Shown here: piece after piece, positions 41,636 to 54,492 of the stretch | Numbering within the stretch: position 1 is the first letter of the stretch | Layout: the number at the start of each line of letters is the position of its first letter | Origin: Octopus sinensis | Taxonomy: Eukaryota | Direction: 5' to 3' | NCBI RefSeq assembly: GCF_006345805.1 | Contig: NC_043023.1 | Coordinates: 20,956,001-21,020,000, forward strand | Length of the DNA stretch: 64,000 nucleotides | Made by a program: the position numbers and the translations under genes | The notes under the pieces: generated by a model | The model's database searches: none | The model's input: only the letters and a program-made list of their open reading frames with translations | What the model was told of the DNA's origin: nothing

Positions 41636-41884
41636 TGAGTGTCTTGGTGGAGGTGTGACAGAGCCAGATCGATTTCGCAACGGGATTCTTCTGCGCCCAA
41701 TTCCGCTGCTGTTGTTTAAAAGATTTTTGTGCTTCAAGAACCATCAAAAGACAAGGCAACACCAACAAAAAGTTTAGACATTTATCCCCTGTTCGTTATT
41801 TAGTCGAATCTATTCCTTCTGATTATACAAGTTTTTCGTGTGTCAGTAAACAGAGGGAGCACTAAAAAGAAGAAAATAACAGCT

Positions 41885-42069
41885 ATGAAGAATTTGGTTC
41901 TGTTCTTATTTGTTTTCGGTGTTGGTCTTTGGCTGACAGAAGGACAGCAGACGACTGATGGGCCAGTGAATGTAAGTCCCACACTGAGTGAAGAATTGTC
42001 GGTTTCTAACGAAACGCTTGATTCTGGAAACTCAACGGCACAGGCAGAAAATCTTCATTTAAGACCACC
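41885..42069 (+). CDS. Candidate first coding exon of a secreted protein
   Basis: MKNLVLFLFVFGVGLWLTEG-QQTTDGPVN... has signal-peptide architecture. GTAAGT donors follow 41971 (phase 0) and 42069 (phase 2). No homology recognised. Confidence 0.5.
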
Positions 42070-42379
42070 GTAAGTTACTCTTTCATTCCACCCGACTTCT
42101 CATCGTCACTTTCCTCTTCGGTACTTCTTGTGTTTTTTACTCTTTTATTAAATAATTGAACCGTGTTAAATAATTGGAACGATTGCTACAGAAGGGACTC
42201 AGGGTACCTGATCTACCCCAGCATATGTAGTTTTTATGTCGATCTGTTTTTACTTAGCCCAGTGCATCTCTGTTAGTAGGTAGAAATGAAAATCTATGGC
42301 CTGTATATCAGAACTGTATTTTTTCAAACAGTTCTCCATAGATCCCTCTTTTTCTTTAATATATGATGAGATATTCTTT

Positions 42380-42790
42380 TCTACTCGAGGCACAATTTTG
42401 GGGAGGGGACCAGTCGTTGAGATCGACCCTAGTACGCAGCTCGTACTGAATTTATCGACCGAGAAAGAATGAAAGGCAAAGTCGACCTCGGCGGAATTTG
42501 AACTCAGATCGTAAATACGAAATACCGCTAGGCATCTCGCCCGGCGTGCTAACGTTTCTGCCAGCTCGCCGCTTTAATACGATGAGATATTGACATAGGA
42601 CTGGGCAGACGATCTCTTCAAAAGTGCTTGACTTATTTTCCGTCCCTTAGAACAATATCGGGTCCGTTGTGTTTAATCCGGCTTTCTGATTCTATTGGGA
42701 TGTTCCACCAACATTCTGGATACATTCTGGTTCTGGTGCGCCAATCTTCAACAAGCCAGATTCCTGTAACGAAGCTACGAAACTTTATGG
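42380..42790 (-). mobile_element. SINE-B variant (42380-42575, about 18-bp TSD) and Dong-like RLE fragment (42610-42790)
   Basis: Flanks ttaata.atgatgagatatt / ttaatacgatgagatatt; minus frame WWNIPIESESRIKHNGPDIVLRD resembles the RLE motif. Confidence 0.7.
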
Positions 42791-42809
42791 GATCGAATCA
42801 AACTTTTTA

Positions 42810-42851
<42 letters not shown>

Positions 42852-42873
42852 TAATAATAATAATAATAATAAT

Positions 42874-43419
42874 AGCAGTACCAGGCAGTGATACCATGGC
42901 TTCTGATCTTAACTGATTGGAAGTGTTATCATGTACATTGTTTTGTCTTGGTATAAAAGATGGGCTACAGCAAATATTCTGCTCAATACCACAGATTTGC
43001 TTGTCAGTTGTTTGACCTTAACCAGTTGAGCATGTCCCTTAGTGGCTGACGATATCTGCATCTCTGATCACGAGCAGAAGTAGTGGGGGAGCATCATAGC
43101 CGTGTGTTGAGAGGGATTCTTTGGGGTTTGAATAATTCACCTCTGGAAACATGGGTGGTTCTTTCAACATCCTTAAACAACCCTTATTCATTGACCTTTT
43201 GCGCGGGATGGGCAACTCGACCGTCAGAAAATTCTACCTGGGCCCCACCTGCAAGGTCATGCGCTGTTTACCTTGATATGAGATCACCATGTCGCGCACA
43301 TATGGTTGTGATGTATGTGCCTGGTGTACCCTTATCAGACGGGTAGTCATGATGGGTATATTGGACTTCGTATATTTTACCCCAGTGTCACTTTGATGGC
43401 ATGAACTGCTCTCTCACTC
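42874..43419 (+). mobile_element. Full-length 546-bp (AAT)n-associated non-coding element
   Basis: Begins agcagtaccaggcagtg directly after (AAT)n and ends ctctcactc directly before (AAT)n. Confidence 0.88.
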
Positions 43420-43456
<37 letters not shown>

Positions 43457-43519
43457 TAATAATAATAATAATAATAATGATGATGATGATAATAATAATA
43501 ACAATAATAATAATAATAA

Positions 43520-43567
<48 letters not shown>

Positions 43568-43949
43568 CTGATTCTAGTCTAATTGCCATTTTCAAAGCAA
43601 ACCCCCGCATATTGAGAATTGCCCTTGTCAACGTCCTCCTGACTAATTCTCTAATTCGGTCTCTGTAGCACTGACACACCGGGAGTAATTCGTTCAGATT
43701 CCAGCAACCGGCTCTCTGCCTTCTAAGCCTATCTACGGCGACTATACAGATCACAAATTTGTGGTCTGTGTAGCCGACCAGTTTGAAAAGTGGACATCAT
43801 ATGTTATCTTTACCTACAGGCCTACAGAAAACCCTATCTAGATACAACCTGGATAACCAGGGGCAATTCCTTCATGTCTACATTTGAATATCCGGGAAAA
43901 TAGGATCTATACTTGTCAAACAGCTGCAAATGTCTGAGCAGGTGTGCAG

Positions 43950-46585
43950 ATACGCACTGGGGTCGATGTAATCGACTTAATCTGTTGTCTGTCCTTGTTT
44001 GTCCCCTCTCTTTTTAGCCCCTTGTGGGTAGTAAAGAAACAGGTTTTTCGTCTGTCTTTACTTTCTGAGTTCAAATTCCGCCGAGGTCGACATTGCCATT
44101 CATCCTTTCGGGGCCTATAAATCAAGTACCAGTTACGCACTGGGGTCGATGTAATCGGCTTAATCTGTTTGTCTGTCCTTGTTTGTCCCCTCTGTATTTA
44201 GCCCCTTGTGGGTAGTAAAGAAACAGGTTTTTCGACTGTCTTTTTGTTCTGAGTTCAAATTCCTCCGAGGTCGACTTTTCCTTTCACCTTTTCGGGGCCG
44301 ATAAATCAAGTACCAGTTACGCACTGGGGTCGATGTAATCGGCTTAATCTGTTTGTCTGTCCTTGTTTGTCCCCTCTGTGTTTATCCCCTTGTGGGTAGT
44401 AAAGAAATAGGTATTTCGTTTGTCTTTACTTCTGAGTTCAAATTCCGCCGAGGTCGACTTTGCCATTCATCCTTTCGGGGCCTATAAATCAAGTACCAGT
44501 TACGCACTGGGATCGATGTTATCGGCTTAATCTATTTGTCTGTCCTTGTTTGTCCCCTCTGTGTTTAGACCCTTGTGGGTAGTAAAGAAATAGGTATTTC
44601 ATCTGTCTTTACGTTCTGAGTTCAAATTACTTCGAGGTCGACTTGCCTTTCATCTTTTCAGGGTCGAAAAATTAAGTACCAGTTACAAACTGGGGTCGAT
44701 GTTATCGGCTTAATCTATTTGTCTGTCCTTGTTTGTCCCCTCTGTGTTTAGACCTTGTGGGTAGTAAAGAAACAGGTATTTCGTCTGTCTTTACTTCTGA
44801 GTTCAAATTCCTCCGAGGTCGACTTTTCCTTTCATCTTTTCGAGGCCGATAAATCAAGTACCAGTTACGCACTGGGATCGATGTTATCGGCTTAATCTAT
44901 TTGTCTGTCCTTGTTTGTCCCCTCTGTGTTTATCCTCTTGTGGGTAGTAAAGAAATAGGTATTTCGTTTGTCTTTACTTTCTGAGTTCAAATTCCGCCGA
45001 GGTCGACTTTGCCATTCATCCTTTCGGGGCCTATAAATCAAGTACCAGTTACGCACTGGGATCGATGTTATCGGCTTAATCTATTTGTCTGTCCTTGTTT
45101 GTCCCCTCTGTGTTTAGACCCTTGTGGGTAGTAAAGAAATAGGTATTTCATCTGTCTTTACGTTCTGAGTTCAAATTACTTCGAGGTCGACTTGCCTTTC
45201 ATCTTTTCAGGGTCGAAAAATTATGTACCAGTTACAAACTGGGGTCAATGTAATCGATTTAATCTATTAGTCTGTTCTTGTTTGTCCCCTCTGTGTTAAG
45301 ACCCTTGTGGGTAGTAAAGAAACAGGTATTTCGTCTGTCTTTACGTTCTGAGTTCAAATTCCTCCGAGGTCGACTTTTCCTTTCATCTTTTCGAGGCCGA
45401 TAAATCAAGTACCAGTTACGCACTGGGATCGATGTTATCGGCTTAATCTATTTGTCTGTCCTTGTTTGTCCCCTCTGTGTTTATCCCCTTGTGGGTAGTA
45501 AAGAAATAGGTATTTCCTTTGTCTTTACTTTCTGAGTTCAAATTCCGCCGAGGTAGACATTGCCATTCATCCTTTCGGGGCCGATAAATCAAGTACCAGT
45601 TTCGCACTGGGGTCGATGTTATCGGCTTAATCTATTTGTCAGTCCTTGTTTTTCACCTCTGTGTTTAGGCCCTTGTGGGTTGTAAAGGAACAGGCATTTC
45701 GTCTGTCTTTACGTTCAGAGTTCAAATTACTTTGAGGTCGACTTTGCCTTTCATCCTTACGGGGTCGATAAATTAAGTACATATTTCTTTACTACCCACG
45801 AGGGGCTAAACACAGAGAAGACAATCAAGGACAGACAAACGGATTAAGACGATTAAATCGACCCCAGTGCGTAACTGGTACATTATTTATCGATCCAGAA
45901 AGGATGAAAGGCAAAGTAGACCTCGGTTGAATTTGAACTCAGAACGTAGCAGCAGACGAAATACGGCTACCCATTTCGCTCGGCGTGCTAACGGTTATGC
46001 CAGCTCGCCACAAGTTCAAGTTTGTTCTCTCTGTGTTTAGCCCCTTGTGGGTAGTAAATAAACAGTTATTTCGTCTGTCTTTTTGTTCTGAGTTCAAATT
46101 CCTCCGATGTAGACTTTGCCATTCATCCTTTCGGGGTCGATAAATTAGGTACCAGTTACACACTAGGGTCAATGTAATCGGCTTAATCTATTTGTCTGTT
46201 CTTGTTTGTCCCCTCTGTGTTTAGACCCTTGTGGGTAGTAAAGAAACAGGTATTTCGTCTGTCTTTACGTTCTGAGTTCAAATTACTTCGAGGTCGACTT
46301 TGCGTTTCATTCTTTCGGAGTCGATAAATTAAGTACCAGTTACGCACTGGGGTCGATGTAATTCACTTATCCCGTTTGTCTGTCCTTGTTTGTCCCCTGT
46401 GTGTTTAGCCCATTGTGGGTAGTAAAGAAACAGGTATGTCGTCTGTCATTATGTTCTGAGTTCAAATTCCACCGGGGTCGACTTTGCCGTTCATATTTTC
46501 GGGACCGATAAATTAAGTACTAGTTACGCACTGGGGTCGATGTAATCGACTTAATCTGTTTGTCTGTCCTTGTTTTTCCCCTCAG
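43950..46585 (+). repeat. SINE-B-derived satellite: 10 units, one inverted SINE-B (45783-46010), then 3 more units
   Basis: gagttcaaatt recurs about every 183 bp from 44067 to 45718, then at 46091, 46276 and 46459. Confidence 0.92.
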
Positions 46586-46840
46586 TATAAAGAAAAAGAT
46601 GTATATCGGGTGATGAATAATCTCGTTAAAATGACTGTTCCATAATGCAACTTTCCGTTCTGTAGAGAGAAAAGCAGCCAGGCGGAAGGAAATTCTTCAT
46701 ATATTCAGAAGATCCAAAAATAAATTTGCAGAAGACAAAAAGAGAAAATGAACACTTAATCCAGCGAGAAAACTATTTGTGTGTGTGTGTGTGTGTGTGT
46801 GTGTTGGTCTCCAATCACTGCTTGACAACCGGTGTTGGTG

Positions 46841-48003
46841 TGGAGGCATATGGCCTAGTGGTTAGTGCAGCGGACTCGCGGTCGAGGGATCGCAAGTTCG
46901 AATCTCAGACCGGGCGATGTGTATGTTTTTATGAGCGAAACACCTGAGCTCCACAACTTTCTTTCACTCTTACTTCCTGTTTCTGTTGTACCTATATTTC
47001 AAGGGGCCGGCCTTGACACTCTCTCCGTCATGCTGAAGATCCCCGAGAACTACGTTAAGGGTACACGTGTCTGTGGAGTGATCAGCCACATACACGTTAA
47101 TTTCACGAGCAGGCTGTTCCGTTGATCGGATGAACGGGAACCCTCGTCGTAGTAACCGACGGAGTGCTTCCAAGTGGTTAGAGCAGCGGACTCGCGGTCG
47201 AGGGATCGCGGGTTCGAATCTTAGACCGGATGATATGTGTGTTTGTGAGCGAAACACCTAAACTCCACGCGGCTCCGGCAGAAGGTAATGGCGAAACATC
47301 TGCTGACTCTTTCGCCACAACTTTCTCTCACTTTTTCCTCCTGCATCTTGAAGCTCACCTTCGACGGACCGGGGTCCCGTCAAAGTGGGGAACCTATACG
47401 CCACGGAAACCGGGAAACCGGCCCTTATGAGCCAGGCATGGCTCGAGAAGGAACAAACAAACTAAATCATACACTTTTCCTCATTGCTTGAATTAACCCT
47501 TCAATCGGTCGTAAAGTTCCAGAGACATAACATGTAGCATCGATTTGTTTATCGATTTTCTCTCTCTTTTTCCGTTTCCATTCTCTTCCTTTCAAGTTTA
47601 CGGGCTGTGATGAAGTTTCACTGATTAAGTTGGCAATAACAGTGTTAATTATTATTGTAATAATTAAGCCTGACTAATTATCTGTTAAATGGTGTAATTT
47701 TTTACTCTCTTTTCACTATTCTACTTTTTTCAGTCATTTGACTGCGGCCATGCTGGAGCACCGCCTTTAGTCGAGCAAATCGAACCCAGGACTTATTCTT
47801 TGTAAGCCTAGTCCTTATTCTATCGGTCTCTGTTGCCGAACCGCTAAGTAACGAGGCCGTAAGCATACCAGCATCGGTTGTCAAGCGATGATGGGGGGAC
47901 AAATACAGACACACAAACGCACACACACATATATATACATATATATACGACGGTCTTCTTTCAGTTTCCGTCTACCAAATCCATTCACAAGGCTTTGGTC
48001 GGC
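46841..48003. mobile_element. SINE cluster: C (+, 46841-47170), D (+, 47175-47460), A (-, 47703-48003)
   Basis: Family matches. Confidence 0.85.
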
Positions 48004-48060
48004 CCAATACACAACATATACACACACATACATACATACATACATACATACAAACATACA

Positions 48061-48109
<49 letters not shown>

Positions 48110-48126
48110 TTGCATATATATATATG

Positions 48127-48234
<108 letters not shown>

Positions 48235-48239
48235 TATGC

Positions 48240-48272
<33 letters not shown>

Positions 48273-48476
48273 ATATATATGTATATGTAAAAAAAAATAC
48301 AAACTGGTACAAGAACTCAAAACATTTAGAAGACGATACAAAAAACACGGACGGGACATTCGAAGCCTTCAATCTTCAGTCAAGAACCGGATCATCCTCG
48401 CAATTTCGGCTGATTAATCTTGTGATCGCTCCGATATATATATATACGACAGGCTTCTTTCAGTTTCCGTCTACCA

Positions 48477-48576
48477 NNNNNNNNNNNNNNNNNNNNNNNN
48501 NNNNNNNNNNNNNNNNNNNNNNNNNNNNNNNNNNNNNNNNNNNNNNNNNNNNNNNNNNNNNNNNNNNNNNNNNNNN
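48477..48576. other. Assembly gap (about 100 N)
   Basis: Direct reading. Confidence 0.99.
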
Positions 48577-48680
48577 TGCTATACCAGGATCGTCTGCGCC
48601 TCACATTGGAGTACAGAACCCACTTTTCATCCATAGAGATTACTGACTCCAACCAAAGTTCAGCAAAATTTAGATTCAAA
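48577..48680 (-). mobile_element. Mariner transposase fragment
   Basis: VISMDEKWVLYSNVRRRRSW resembles the mariner IVTGDEKWVLYDN.KRKRSW motif. Confidence 0.75.
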
Positions 48681-48749
48681 TGAATATGGTACTTAAGTTA
48701 GATGGGGTGATTATAATCAAAATAAGCAACAAGAATATCTTCGGTAATT

Positions 48750-48833
48750 TGGTACGATCGTTTCACGCTACATCATTTTATTAAACATTGTAAATATCAC
48801 AACAGTTTTAAAATGTTGAGCAATCGTCAGCCA
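48750..48833 (-). ncRNA. Type I hammerhead ribozyme (left terminal repeat)
   Basis: Reverse complement of 53058-53141 with minor loop differences. Confidence 0.72.
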
Positions 48834-48837
48834 TTTA

Positions 48838-48897
<60 letters not shown>

Positions 48898-49568
48898 TAC
48901 TACTACTACTTTTATTATTATTATTACCATTATTATTGTTGTTACTATTTATTCCATCTCTAGCTAACTTTATATTTGTACTATTAAGTCTAGCTATTAT
49001 GGTAGCCTTTTTTGGAAGATTAAATGGGTCATATAACTTTGAATTTAAGTCTAAGGTAACGTCTAAGGTAAAGGAGGGTGACGTTTACCAAATACGTAAA
49101 TAAATTATCAATTCACCCCCCTAATATACTAAAATCAATAGTGAAAAATATTTCTCGGAGAATTTCAAAATTCTCATCGAATATTGAAAATTTTGACTCT
49201 CACTCGAATCATTATAATGTTCCAATATCTAGGGCTGGATACCACCAGGAAATCCCCTTCCGGGATCTTGATAACATAAATCTCTTAAACGATGAAGTGA
49301 ATGTAAATAGCTCAAGTAATATAGAATCTCATACTCTAAATAAACAGCAATCAATAGAAGAAAAGAACCTAATATATAAACTCAATAATATGAATGAAAA
49401 TAGTAAACAGGAGTGGCTGTGTGGTAAGTAGCTTGTTTACCAACCACATGGTTCCGGGTTCAGTCCCACTGCGTGGCACCTTGGGCAAGTGTCTTCTACT
49501 ATAGCCCCGGGCCGACCAAAGCTTTGTGAGTGGATTTGGTAGACGTAAACTGAAAGAAGCGCATCGTA

Positions 49569-49601
<33 letters not shown>

Positions 49602-50659
49602 GCGTGTGTGTGTTTGTGTGTCTGTGTTTGTCCACCTACCATTGCTTGACAACCGATGCTGGTGTGTTTATGTCCCCGTTTCTTAGCGGTTAGGCAAAAG
49701 AGACCGATAGAATAAGTACTGGGCTTACAAAGAATAAGTCCCGGGGTCGAGTTGCTCGACTAAAGGCGGTGCTCCAGCATGGCCGCAGTCAAATGACTGA
49801 AACAAGTAAAAGAGTAAAGAGTAAAGAGTAAAGAGTAAAGAGTAAAGAGCAAAAGAGATCACAAATAAATATGAACATGTTAAACCAGATAAAATATTTA
49901 CTCTTTTATTTGTTTCAGTCATTTTGACTGCGGCCATGCTGGAGCACCGCCTTTAGTCGAGCAAATCGACCCCAGGACTTATTCTTTGTAAGCCTAGTAC
50001 TTATTCTATCGGTCTCTTTTTGCCGAACCGATAAGTTACGGGGACGTAAACACATCAGCATCGGTTGTCAAGTGATGTTGGCGGGATGAACACAGACACA
50101 CACATACATATATATATACATATATACGACAGGCTTCTTTCAGTTTCCGTCTACCAAATCCACTCACAAGGCTTTGGTCGGCCCGAGGCTGTAGTAGAAG
50201 ACGCTTGCCCAAGGTCCCACGCAGTGGGACTGAACCCGGAACCATGTGGTTGGTAAGCAAGCTACTTATCACACAGCCACTCCTAATAATATAAAAATCT
50301 CTCCCACAAAGAAAAAACCTAATAAACATAAATATAAGACTAAAAGGAATAATGAATCTAGTAAGAATATAGATAACATTAATCTTTCCCACCCTTACTC
50401 AAATAAAAAAAACAAAGAAAAAAACGTTATATGGTTAAATATCCCCTTCAACTGGGCGATCTCTTCGAATATATACAGTAGATTTATGTCTATATTAGAA
50501 AAAACTTCCCAGCTTCCCATAAATATCATTAAATAATTTCTAAGAAATCAGTAAGAATATCATATTCTATTCTTCCCAATATGGCTACCATAATAGGTAG
50601 ACTTAATAGTAAAAATATAATGTTAGCTAGAGGTGGAATAAATAGTAACAACAATAATA

Positions 50660-50723
<64 letters not shown>

Positions 50724-50724
<1 letters not shown>

Positions 50725-51337
50725 TAGGTAACTAGAATGTGGAATCTGAAAACAGAAACAATTCCTATCATAGTAGGTGCATTAGGCATGATAAAAAAAT
50801 ATTCAGACAAATACATAACAAAAACACCAGGACTTACAAACACATATAACATACAGAAAATTGCACTACTAGGCACTGCACACATCCTACGCAGAACACT
50901 TTCCATACAATAACCATCAGAGCATCACAACAAATCACAGCACATACCCAAGGCACACAGAGCTGCGCTCGGTAGTGAAGTGAAAGCACGCTATAAAAAT
51001 AAAACTACTGAATAATAATATAATAATATAATAATATAATAATAATAACTAGGTAACTAGAATGTGGAATCTGAAAACAGAAACAATTCCTATCATAGTA
51101 GGTGCATTAGGCATGATAAAAAAATATTCAGACAAATACATAACAAAAACACCAGGACTTACAAACACATATAACATACAGAAAATTGCACTACTAGGCA
51201 CTGCACACATCCTACGCAGAACACTTTCCATACAATAACCATCAGAGCATCACAACAAATCACAGCACATACCCAAGGCACACAGAGCTGCGCTCGGTAG
51301 TGAAGTGAAAGCACGCTATAAAAATAAAACTACTGAA
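50724..51337 (+). mobile_element. Two tandem copies (325-bp period) of a Dong-like LINE 3' end in (AAT)n
   Basis: RMWNLKTETIPIIVGALGMI...QKIALLGTAHILRRTLS plus 3' UTR; copies at 50724 and 51049 look identical. Confidence 0.88.
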
Positions 51338-53057
51338 TAATAATAATAATAATAATAATAACAACATTAATATAAATAGTGATAATGACAACATCAATAA
51401 TATAGGTAATAAAGATAAAGATGTAGTAGGTGAGGATAGTGAGAATGGATTAATAACTAGTAACCCCAATTTACATAACAATATAACTACTGTTAGAGGA
51501 AATAACACTAATACTAATAATAACTCTAGTAACGAAAATGAAAACGAATTGTCCATAAATAATACTAGTACCATGAATTATCCCCCAGTTGTAAATGTAG
51601 GATTAGATCGAAATGCCCGGTTTCTGGCCACTGTTTGGTCCAAAATATAATTTATGAATGTACAATAGTGACTTCAAATAACAACTATCCTAATTTCGGT
51701 TGTTCGGTGGATTTAAAAAACGTTTAAACAATCATTTTTCCTCCTTTAGGCTTAAACACAAGGCAGGTTGCACAACATTGTCTAGTAAAATTTGGGAACT
51801 GAGAAGGAATAATATAGAATTTAACCTGAAATGGGATATAGTAAGGAAAGCACGGCCTTATAAAAATAGTAGAGTTGGTTGTGAACTTTGTTCTATGGAA
51901 ACATATGAAATTTTAGAACATAGGAATAATACAAATCTGTTAAATAACCGTTCTGAACTAGGATATCTTGCATACATCGCATAACCCGTACGTTTAAATA
52001 TTTTAAATAATAATATTGTGACCATTCCTAAATTTTTCAAATTCTAATTCTGTATAACTAAATAAGAATGAATGTACCATATCAGCTTTTATTCAACATG
52101 CATAGATTACTAAAAAACTGCATTGCATATTTAGAATTAAATTCTCTCTTATTTTGATAATCTCCTATATTAAATAGTATATATTCTATGTCCCTAAGGA
52201 AACTACTCAGTTCATCTTGATTACTTCACTTACATTTCATAATATATCATTAACCCAGGATATTTTTACCTAACTGATTAGCTTTTCTCTGAGGGTAGTA
52301 AATATTATGTCTAACTGATTCTTTAATTTAATTCATTAATAACAATTCACTATCTACTAAATCTGAGAAATTTACTCTTCTTGATTACTTCTCTTACTAA
52401 AACCTAAGAAAATTATTCATCTTGATAACTCCTCTTCCATTTTTTCTAATATATATAATTGACCTTTAATATATTCACTTTATTAATAAGACTTTTGTCC
52501 ACATTTATTGAGTATTATGCCTACTCATAATAAATGATAGATTTTTCTCCAAAATTAATAAATATTAGATTTATAATTTTTCCTTTAATCCAACGTATCA
52601 AAATAATCAACACCTACTAGCTAAGTATAAATCTGATGTATATAAGTGTAAAGGAATCTCTGTATTTTCTATAACTTTTTGGTATATAGGTGGTCATTGT
52701 GACCATCTAGCATTAACCTAGTTTCCTTGATACAAAATCTGTTTGCCAAATAGCAGTAAACAACGTCTTGGGTATTATAACCCCCTTTTTACTTTAATTT
52801 CTTTAGGAATAACTTCTGACATTTATTTCTCTCCTATTTCTATAAATAAATAATCTCTTTTGTCTCCATTCAACTGAATATACTTCCCCACCTTCTAGCA
52901 GTTCAAAATAACTTAAAGAGTATTCTTCAGTCAGAAGATAATTTCTACTACCTTAATGTTCCTAAAATTCAAATAGACATCTCTGTCTATATATCTACCC
53001 TCTCTATAATGTTATCAATCAATATGAAAATATGTATTAATGGAAAACCTCTATAAA

Positions 53058-53141
53058 TGGCTGACGATTGCTCAACATTTTAAAACTGTTGTAATACTTA
53101 CAATGTTTAATAAAATGATGTAGCGTGAAACGATCGTACCA
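53058..53141 (+). ncRNA. Type I hammerhead ribozyme (right terminal repeat)
   Basis: TGG-CTGACGA(53061-67)-t-tgctcaacatttta...taaaatgatgtagcg-t-GAAA(53127-30)-cgatcgTA/CCA. Palindromic helix III ACGATCGT; 3-bp helix I; cleavage predicted after 53138. Confidence 0.75.
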
Positions 53142-53528
53142 AATTACCGAAGATATTCTTGTTGCTTATTTTGATTATATATATATATTATATATATATA
53201 TATATTATATATATATATATATATATATTTATTAATTGATAACAAATATGTGTAAGGGATCCATGCAAGCAAATTAGCAGGTGCTTACTATTGCTTGGTA
53301 ATCTCGCAATCGAATACTAGGTATGGGTGGGGGAAATTAGAAATTTACCCAGGATCTATGAGGCAAATAAGAAAATGGAGAGTATAAATAATCGCCAAAC
53401 ATCAGCCAGTAAACATTCAATTATATCTATTCATTAATTGATAACAAATATGTGTAAGTGATCCATGCAAACAATTGAAATAAGCCAATAAATACGTAAA
53501 CATATATATATATATCTCCAAACCTTCC

Positions 53529-53565
<37 letters not shown>

Positions 53566-53859
53566 GGAGAGAGAGGGAGAGAGGGGGGAGAGAAATAAAT
53601 TAATAATAATAAATGAGTGTATAAATACTAAACTCTTACGGCCGTTTCTACCATGAAGCTGCAATATCTTCCAAGTTATCCTCATCACGTGAGTGATATA
53701 CAGGGATGAACAAACATTGGACAGGGATTGGACAATGGCTGAGCCCCAAGGCTTCTTCAGAGTGATCAAATGTTAGTAAACTGACATGTGGGGAAGTAAG
53801 TTAAAATAATAGGGTAAAATAAGATAAAAATGATATTATAGAAATAGTAAGGAATGACA

Positions 53860-54492
53860 TGCATAAGATCTGGTCATCAAATCCAAGTAGAGACTTCTGT
53901 TTTTGATTCGACGGTCATTCGGAATGCTCACAGCAGCCATATTCCTGCCACTCTATGTCACGCTGGTGAGACCCATATTGGAGTATGGGATTCAAGCCTC
54001 TTCTCCTTATCTCCTCAAAGACATACAGCACCTCGAAAGTGTCCAGAGGCAGGCTACCCGCATGGTTCATGGTCTCAAAAATTTGTCCTACGAAGAAAGG
54101 CTGAGGACGCTCGACCTTTATTCTCTTGAAAAACGCCGCCGCCGTGGTGATCTCATTCTCGCCCACAACATCATAAGCGGGAAGTGTAACCTCTCGAAAG
54201 AGCTGTTCTTCACTCCTGCTCCGGAGCGTCGGCTGCGGGGTCATTCCGAAAAGCTCTACCTGCGACGATTTCATATCAATCGAAGGAGAGGAGCTTTCTC
54301 CGTCCGGGTTGCGGATCCGTGGAACAGGCTGCCGGACGAGATGGTGAAGATGCCGACGACCGCTTTGTTCAAACCTCCCTGGACCTCAAGTGGCCTGAAC
54401 TCTTTACATGAACACCACCCTGTACTTAACTCCATGTCCCCCTACATGGCCTTGCTATTTGCTTTTGAGCCAAATTAACTAACTAACTAACT
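53860..54492 (+). mobile_element. CR1-clade LINE 3' end with (TAAC)n tail
   Basis: LYVTLVRPILEYG...LESVQRQATRMV...YEERLRTLDLYSLEKRRRRGDLI...WNRLP. Confidence 0.9.

Larger units (their letters stand above)
48712..53179 (+). mobile_element. Decayed Penelope-like element bounded by 128-bp inverted terminal repeats, with nested SINEs and Dong 3' ends
   Basis: KYVNKLSIHPPNILKSI (RT C-terminal), NVIWLNIPF, and GIY-YIG C-terminal FKKRLNNH..SF...WDIV.KA.PY....CELC...LLNNRSEL (51700-51984). Arms at 48712-48839 and 53052-53179. Confidence 0.85.

Noticed and set aside
42651-42810. Exon 2 of the 41885 gene (ccttAG acceptor), including a UGA recoding idea
   Set aside because: The opposite strand encodes a Dong-like RLE motif (WWNIPIESESRIKHNGPDIVL), which explains the protein-like appearance.
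43950-46585. CRISPR-like or tRNA-gene array
   Set aside because: Units are whole repeated monomers with no unique spacers, and they carry a B-box but no cloverleaf.
48420-48600. SINE-mariner fusion
   Set aside because: The junction is an assembly gap of Ns, so adjacency and distance are unknown.
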